Shown here: one piece after another, positions 61,387 to 64,000 of the stretch | Layout: each line of letters starts with the position of its first letter | How positions within the stretch are numbered: position 1 is the first letter of the stretch | DNA from: Cyanophora paradoxa CCMP329 | Taxonomy: Eukaryota > Plantae > Glaucophyta | DNA: 64,000 nucleotides | Reading direction: 5' to 3' | Assembly (NCBI GenBank): GCA_004431415.1 | Contig: QPMI01000479.1 | Coordinates: 62,001 to 126,000, forward strand | Made by a program: the position numbers and the translations under genes | The notes under the pieces: model-generated | Told to the model about the DNA's origin: nothing | Databases searched by the model: none | Seen by the model: the letters and a program-made list of their open reading frames with translations, nothing else

Positions 61387-62241
61387 TTATGGGGTTGGGT
61401 CATCAATCACATCTGGTTCCTGGTAAAACCCTGTTGTGAAGATATCTGCAACGTTTACCCCTCGAAGTGCCGAAACAGCTGCTATATCTGTCCTCAGTCC
61501 CATAATCATAGTATTGTAAACTCCAACCTCAGTTACAAACAAATCATAGGTAAATGTCAAATTGTTATAAACACAATATCCTCGACCGAAATGGTTTGAT
61601 GCTTGAACAAAGAATAGGTAATTATGACCTGTTTGATTGTTGTTTGCTCTGCACATAGATAGCATTGCTGTGGGAAGCGGAATATTTCTTCTTACTCGAT
61701 CAGTTCCTGTTATAATAACCAATTCCGAATTTTCAAGAGTGACAGAGGAAGCAACATAGAAATGTAGAAAAGGTTGCTGTGCAACTGGTGTATAGAAACG
61801 TATTCGTTGGGGATTCTCTACATTTTGTTCAAGAGTATCTGGGACATCATTATACGAAATGGAGGATGAGAGTTGACCTGACACTCTGCAACCTCCCCCA
61901 ATAAATGCTCCTCCTGATCTCACAGTAACAGCAGCAGTATTCTTGTCGAAATCTAGGGCTTTCAGGGCAACACTGTAAGCATCAGGACCTCCATTTGTAG
62001 GCTGGAAGAAGTTAGCATTGGTGACAAGAAGTCGAGTTGTTTTAACCACACCAGAATTCTTATCAGCTCTCAGCTCTTTTACTCGAATAATCGAATTTTT
62101 ATCAAAGGAGTTACCATTGGAATTGGGTCTCTCTGTGGATTCTAAACCACGAACCTCATCATTTACTTCATGCTGGCGAAAATGCATTGCAGGGGATCCA
62201 AGGGAATATATAGGCAGTTGAACTCGATTATATTCACCCAT
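61387..62241 (-). CDS. Putative virion protein B, copy 2
   Basis: ATG at 62241 by comparison with copy 1. An extra G near 61391 changes the last residues. Confidence 0.7.
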   Translation of the reverse strand: MGEYNRVQLPIYSLGSPAMHFRQHEVNDEVRGLESTERPNSNGNSFDKNSIIRVKELRADKNSGVVKTTRLLVTNANFFQPTNGGPDAYSVALKALDFDKNTAAVTVRSGGAFIGGGCRVSGQLSSSISYNDVPDTLEQNVENPQRIRFYTPVAQQPFLHFYVASSVTLENSELVIITGTDRVRRNIPLPTAMLSMCRANNNQTGHNYLFFVQASNHFGRGYCVYNNLTFTYDLFVTEVGVYNTMIMGLRTDIAAVSALRGVNVADIFTTGFYQEPDVIDDPTP

Positions 62242-62290
62242 TGCTTCTTTTACTAAGAAGGAAAGAAAAATAATGCGAAATATGCATTTA

Positions 62291-64000
62291 TTATGGGATT
62301 CCATATGCTGTCCAATGGATTGTGCAAGTAATACTTCGACTTTCAGATAGAGTAGGGGATGCTATGAATGTCACATAAATTGTTGTATAGGTAGATGTGG
62401 AGTTTGAGATTCCAATTCTAAAATCTACATCCCCGGGGTTTGTTGCAGGAGTTCCTTCAAGTGTGGCAGTTACAACAGGTGTCTTAGTGTAAAAAGCAGG
62501 ATCCCAATTCAAAACCTGTGCATGCTGTGTTCTCTGACCTGCACTTATAGCACCACTGTAAGCTTGAAATTTTCCTGACTTAAATCGTCTTTCTATATCA
62601 TACCAAGTTGGAAGTTGGCTAATTGTATTGGTGGTTCCCGAATTCATTGCATAAAATGCCCTTGCATAAGCATTTCCTTTGCAGAGCAAGGTTTTATCAT
62701 AGAAGTTTGCTGAATTGTGGAAGAACCAAGTTTCCTCATTTGTAGGCGATGCAGGGGCTACTATTTGACCTGATCCTACATACATAGTATTATTTGCAGT
62801 GATTGTATTGGCTGTGAATGGGTCTAAACTTGGGAGATCTGTGATTTCTGATTTAGTATGAGTATGGGCGAAATCTGTAATATTTGCCTTTGTGTGAGTA
62901 TGGGCAAAGTCGGTGATATCTGATTTAGTGTGAGAGTGAGGTCCGACAGTTGTAGAAGCTGTTGGTTTCCCATAAATGTTATCCCAATGCAAGAAGCCGC
63001 TATGTGAGGATACAGTGGGGTTCTTGCTCCAACCTACAAGACCCACAAGATAAATCCTTCCTATTCGCCCTTGAACACCCACTTTACTCAGCCCTTCACA
63101 ATTCACTCCGACATATTGCCTATACTCTACACTTGGGTCACTACCAGGAGAATAAGCATTTACTCTCGAAAGTGTATAAGAATTCGTTGATGGATAAACT
63201 CCCACAACATCGAAGTATCTGCTATTATATTGACACACATAGAAGATATAGCATGTTTTCATTCCGCAGGGACAGTCCATAACATCTTGTAGCCACTACA
63301 ATCTTCATCACCAGAAGCCCATGTGTTTGCTCCTGAGTAAGGAGATATAAATGTGAAAAATCTCCAATCGCCTGTGCGATCTGTTGAAAGACCATTTGTG
63401 GCATCAAAGTTGATAGGGGATGTGTATGTTGGTTTATTTATCAGATCATCGTAATTTCCTGTCGTTGCAACAGTTGCAAGATTAGGTCTATCTGTGATAT
63501 TTGACCAAGCATGAGTATGGGTTGCAGGAGGGAATGTTAAAGGTTTATCTGTGATATTGTTCCATGCATGACTGTGAGTTTGAAGTGCAACACCCAATTC
63601 GGTTTCATCTATATAATTTTTGCTTTGCAGGTAATCGTCTGTGACCACACCTGAAAGGGTCTCGTTGTGCAGGTTTTTAGCCGCCATTCTCTGATTGGCT
63701 TCAATAGCCCCACCTGATAGCGTTTTAATCCAAGCGATCTCAGCTTTACTGTAATTATCAGTTGGTTGCCCAACAAGTGGAATATAATTGAGTTTATCCC
63801 GAGTGAAAACTATCTTAGGTCTTGATCCATCCAAGCTGCTTACATCTGTCACATTCACATGGACAGCTGCTGAGAAGTCTTGATAACCCGCAGGATTGGA
63901 GGGAACACCGAACCCATCCTTTGGAATATCGTTTTTGTAATAGCTTGTCACATAGATATTCGGGAAAGTGTCACCCGGGTTAACATACGCCATATCTTGC
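62291..64000 (-). CDS. Fibre-like protein, copy 2 (partial; 1-nt deletion near 63263 splits the ORF)
   Basis: ttccgcagg versus ttcccgcagg in copy 1; otherwise colinear, with a variant C-terminal tip. Confidence 0.72.

Larger units (their letters stand above)
58362..64000 (-). mobile_element. Endogenous virus-like element, copy 2 (runs off the window)
   Basis: Colinear with 51581-57220 at offset 6779-6781 and begins at the same terminal base. Confidence 0.85.

Noticed and set aside
54250-63265. Frameshifts at about 54253, 61391 and 63263 as evidence of pseudogenisation
   Set aside because: All are 1-nt changes in homopolymer runs, like the one at about 45935; sequencing error is at least as likely.

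Overview
Two sharply different compartments. Bases 1-51580 are very GC-rich, intron-dense eukaryotic nuclear DNA (protist/alga-like; organism not determinable). I spliced its genes by eye: DDT/WHIM protein, SETD3/LSMT-type SET methyltransferase, F-box/LRR-like gene plus a decayed inverted paralog, RING protein, pelota, His-rich beta-helix protein, RNase H1, CHD6-9-type remodeller, and a coiled-coil protein with a C-terminal PIN domain. GC-AG introns are frequent. From 51581 the DNA switches abruptly to AT-rich, intron-less, virus-like sequence, present as two same-orientation copies 6781 bp apart. Each copy starts exactly at the base of a 95-nt imperfect palindrome predicted to fold stably on only one strand (GCGAAGC triloop, tandem G.A pairs). 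Next come subterminal repeats, inverted TGTGAC iteron-like arrays, a bacterial-type AdoMet decarboxylase, a Zn-ribbon protein, two paralogous putative virion proteins and a phage-like fibre gene. The copies are near-identical except for discrete patches, one mostly synonymous and covering the fibre tip. Best candidate for a novel system: a family of endogenous virus-like elements with a strand-specific hairpin end, apparently nested. No polymerase, capsid or integrase is visible in this window, so the virus class is unresolved. Exon boundaries and counts are manual.
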